NCBI GenBank assembly: GCA_023264975.1
Contig: JAHFUS010000005.1
Span: forward strand, 10,771 to 74,770
DNA length: 64,000 nt
Reading direction: 5' to 3'
From: Actinomycetes bacterium
GTDB lineage: Bacteria > Actinomycetota > Acidimicrobiia > Acidimicrobiales > GCA-2861595
The position numbers were made by a program, and so were the translations under genes. The notes beneath the pieces were generated by a model, which worked only from the letters and a program-made list of their open reading frames with translations, made no database searches and had not been told where the DNA came from. Numbering within the stretch: position 1 is the first letter of the stretch; every line of letters starts with the position of its first letter. Below, one piece after another: positions 61,466 to 64,000 of the stretch.

Positions 61466-61697
61466 CGCCAGAGGATATCGCGCTTCGTCGGGCAGGCGCG
61501 TGTCATCGAGGGCGTCGAGGGCGGCTGGGCCGCCGACGGCGCGCTCGAGATGGCGCGGGCCACGCACAATAAGCGGCACAGGTTGTCGTCGGCGACGGGC
61601 ATGGTCGCAGACGTGTCTTGCAACGTCTGGCGTTGGCTGCCGCGGGTTGCTACGTGTCGGAGATCGCTTACTGTCACTCTCGAGGAGGTTGCGGTAC

Positions 61698-63188
61698 ATG
61701 CCATCAGGATTCTCACGCCGGCGTTTCCTCGCGATCGCCGGAGGCGGGTACGCCAGCATCGTCCTTGCCGGCTGCGGAAAGAGTGCCGGCCCGGTCTCGT
61801 CCACCAGGTCGGCGGTAGCGGCGGCCGAGCGGCGTCGGAGGAAGCCAGGGGCGTCTGTCACCGAGCTCACCCTGACGGCGGCGCCCTACACGCTCGATCT
61901 GGCGGGAACGCAGGTAAAGACGTGGGCGTACAACGGGGCGGTGCCGGGCCCGGAGGTGCGCCTCAAAGCGGGGGAGGTGCTGCGGGCCAGATTCGTCAAT
62001 GACCTGCCCGAGGAGGCGGTCGTCCACTGGCACGGCATCGCCCTGCGCAACGACATGGACGGGGTACCGGGCGTCACCCAGGAAGCGGTGACGCCGGGCA
62101 AGAGCTTCATGTACGAATTCACCGTGCCCGACCCGGGCAGCTACTGGTTCCACCCTCACAACGGCCTCCAGCTCGATCAGGGCCTTTACGTGCCCCTGAT
62201 CGTCGACGATCCGGCCGAGCCCGGCCGTTACGACCGGGAGTTCACTGTTGTACTCGACGACTGGGTGAGCGGCATCGGGCCCACCCCGGAGGAGACACTG
62301 AAGGAGCTGCAAGGTGGTGCCATGCAGATGGGAACGATGCAGATGGCGAGGAGCGAGCTACTCGGGGGCGATGCCGGCGACGTGATGTACCCGATGTTCT
62401 TGATGAACGGCCGGCCGCCCAACGACCCTCCCTCCTTTGACGCCAAGCCGGGGGAGCGCCTTCGACTCCGGCTCATCAACGCCGGGGCCGAGACCGCCTT
62501 CCGGGTGGCCCTCGGCGGCCATCAACTGACTGTCACCCACACGGACGGCCTCCCGGTCGAGCCGGTCACCGTCGACACCCTCCTGGTCGGGATGAGCGAG
62601 CGCTACGACGTCATCGTCACCGTGGCCGGCCCTGGGGCCTTCCCGTTGGCGGCCATGGCCGAGGGAAAAAGCGGCCAGTCGTTAGGGGTCGTGCGCTCCG
62701 GGCCGGGCGAAGCCCCGGGAGCCGATGCCCGCCCGGCCGAGTTCGACGGCCGCCTGCTCGAGATGAGTGAGCTACGGGCGGCAGCATCCGTCACCTTGCC
62801 CGCCCGCAGCGTCGATCGCACCTACAACCTCGAGTTGAACGCCGCCGCCGAGGGCTACCGGTGGATGATCAACGGCAAGTCGGTCCTCGACCACGAGGAG
62901 GTGAGGGAGCAGACCACCCCGCTCAAGGTTGCCCAGGGCGAGCGCATCCGGCTTGTGTTCGACAACAAGTCGACGATGTTCCACCCGATGCATCTGCACG
63001 GGCACTCGTTCCAGGTGGTTGCGGCCGACGGCGGCGCCGGGCCCCGCAAGGACAGCATGATCGTAAGGCCGAAGGAGCGGATCTCCGTCGACGTTGCCGC
63101 CGACAACCCCGGCCAGTGGCTATTGCACTGCCATAACGTCTACCACCAGGCATCGGGCATGGTCACCCTTCTCTCCTACGAGAGTTGA
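61698..63188 (+). CDS. multicopper oxidase, probably exported by Tat
   Basis: MPSGFSRRRFLAIAGGGYASIVLAGC (RR motif and lipobox-like Cys); VVHWHGIALRNDMDG, YWFHPHNG, HPMHLHGHSFQVV, WLLHCHNVYHQASGM copper ligands. Confidence 0.94.
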   Translation: MPSGFSRRRFLAIAGGGYASIVLAGCGKSAGPVSSTRSAVAAAERRRRKPGASVTELTLTAAPYTLDLAGTQVKTWAYNGAVPGPEVRLKAGEVLRARFVNDLPEEAVVHWHGIALRNDMDGVPGVTQEAVTPGKSFMYEFTVPDPGSYWFHPHNGLQLDQGLYVPLIVDDPAEPGRYDREFTVVLDDWVSGIGPTPEETLKELQGGAMQMGTMQMARSELLGGDAGDVMYPMFLMNGRPPNDPPSFDAKPGERLRLRLINAGAETAFRVALGGHQLTVTHTDGLPVEPVTVDTLLVGMSERYDVIVTVAGPGAFPLAAMAEGKSGQSLGVVRSGPGEAPGADARPAEFDGRLLEMSELRAAASVTLPARSVDRTYNLELNAAAEGYRWMINGKSVLDHEEVREQTTPLKVAQGERIRLVFDNKSTMFHPMHLHGHSFQVVAADGGAGPRKDSMIVRPKERISVDVAADNPGQWLLHCHNVYHQASGMVTLLSYES

Positions 63189-63215
63189 CCCCGCCGCAGC
63201 TTGCTCCGGGGGCGC

Positions 63216-63899
63216 TCAGCCGGGGCCGTCGTCGTCGGGCGGGCCAATGGCGTACCGGGTGGCGGCGGCCAGGAAGACGAAGCTCCTGGGCGGCCCGTGA
63301 CCGGTGGGCCCTTCCCCCCCTGGAGCTGCGCCCGCGTCCGCCCGCCCGGCCCACCCCGTAGCCCCTTCGTCGTCGAAGGTGTCGTGCTCGCCCGTGTCGT
63401 CGCCGAACAACGAGTAGGTGTGACTGTGTTCGAACCAGACGCTGTTGGCCGGGGCCTCGGGCTCCGCTGGGGCCTGCTTGTGGCAGGCGGCCCGCTTGCG
63501 GCGCAGCGTGACCGAGCGAGGCGTCAGGGTCGCCGGGACCGGACCTCGGCGGGCGGAGCGGCGGCCTGTTGCCGGTCGGTTCAGCACGCGCTGCTCATCG
63601 GCCGCGGCGGTCCGAAATGAAGTGGCTGGCTCGGCAGATTCCCGGAATCGCCTCTCCGCCCAGCCGGTACGGGAAGAAAGGGCTATGTCGCTCGTTCTTC
63701 GCCCTCCGGTCGCTCGGCGGCCGACAACAGCACGCGGCGGGCGGCGGCCCGCCCCTGGGCCACGCATGCGGCGATGCCGACGCCTCTGTACGCGGCGCCG
63801 GCCACCGCCACGCCGGGAAGGTCCCGGGCGAGGGCCGCCTCGGCCTGTGCCACCTGGTCGAGGTGTCCGGGCCGGTACTGGGGAAAGGCCCGCTCCCAC
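63216..63899 (-). CDS. hypothetical protein, coding status uncertain
   Basis: C-terminal part (ANSVWFEHSHTYSLFGDDTGEHDTFDDEGATGW) looks protein-like; upstream part overlaps other reading frames. Confidence 0.25.
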   Translation of the reverse strand: MGAGLSPVPARTPRPGGTGRGGPRPGPSRRGGGRRRVQRRRHRRMRGPGAGRRPPRAVVGRRATGGRRTSDIALSSRTGWAERRFRESAEPATSFRTAAADEQRVLNRPATGRRSARRGPVPATLTPRSVTLRRKRAACHKQAPAEPEAPANSVWFEHSHTYSLFGDDTGEHDTFDDEGATGWAGRADAGAAPGGEGPTGHGPPRSFVFLAAATRYAIGPPDDDGPG

Positions 63900-64000
63900 C
63901 TCGTGACCCGCACCACCCGGGGCGGGGCCACCAGGCCGACGGCGGCGGCCAGCTCGCGGTGGAGGCGGTCGGTCAGCTCGCCGTCGCCCAAAGCCATGGC
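63683..64000 (-). CDS. protoporphyrinogen oxidase-like C-terminus, truncated at window end
   Basis: VTRWERAFPQYRPGHLDQVAQAEAALARDLPGVAVAGAAYRGVGIAACVAQGRAAARRVL typical of the HemY/PPOX C-terminus. Confidence 0.8.
   Translation of the reverse strand, partial: AMALGDGELTDRLHRELAAAVGLVAPPRVVRVTRWERAFPQYRPGHLDQVAQAEAALARDLPGVAVAGAAYRGVGIAACVAQGRAAARRVLLSAAERPEGEERAT

Overview
High-GC actinobacterial chromosomal window, probably Acidimicrobiia-like (taxonomic guess only). Main content: an FtsX-type ABC transporter with a two-component system; alpha-mannosidase, cutA, selD and rnhB; a TPP riboswitch with thiC; a glycine/sarcosine/betaine-reductase-like (Grd) operon containing two in-frame-UGA selenoprotein genes (grdA, grdB); a diguanylate cyclase and msrB; a nitrate/nitrite assimilation operon whose nitrate reductase neighbours a ferredoxin/DmsC-like fusion; pyrE; a large secreted S8/S53-like protease with Calx-beta and six 42-aa C-terminal repeats; an aceE / thiolase / two 3-hydroxyacyl-CoA dehydrogenase / PHA block with two PHA synthases and a phasin; a Ski2-like helicase; a RamB-like regulator divergent from aceB-aceA; vapBC; and a multicopper oxidase. 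The strongest candidate for an undescribed system is the Grd-like operon at 17871-22808 (grdE-grdB-grdC-trx-grdA order). Both Sec codons were hidden from the ORF track, no grdD was found, the grdE homolog lacks the expected Cys autoprocessing motif, and a 22-bp perfect hairpin lies between grdB and grdC. Start codons are often estimates, because many track ORFs begin upstream of the likely start. No BLAST, HMM or folding runs were possible.
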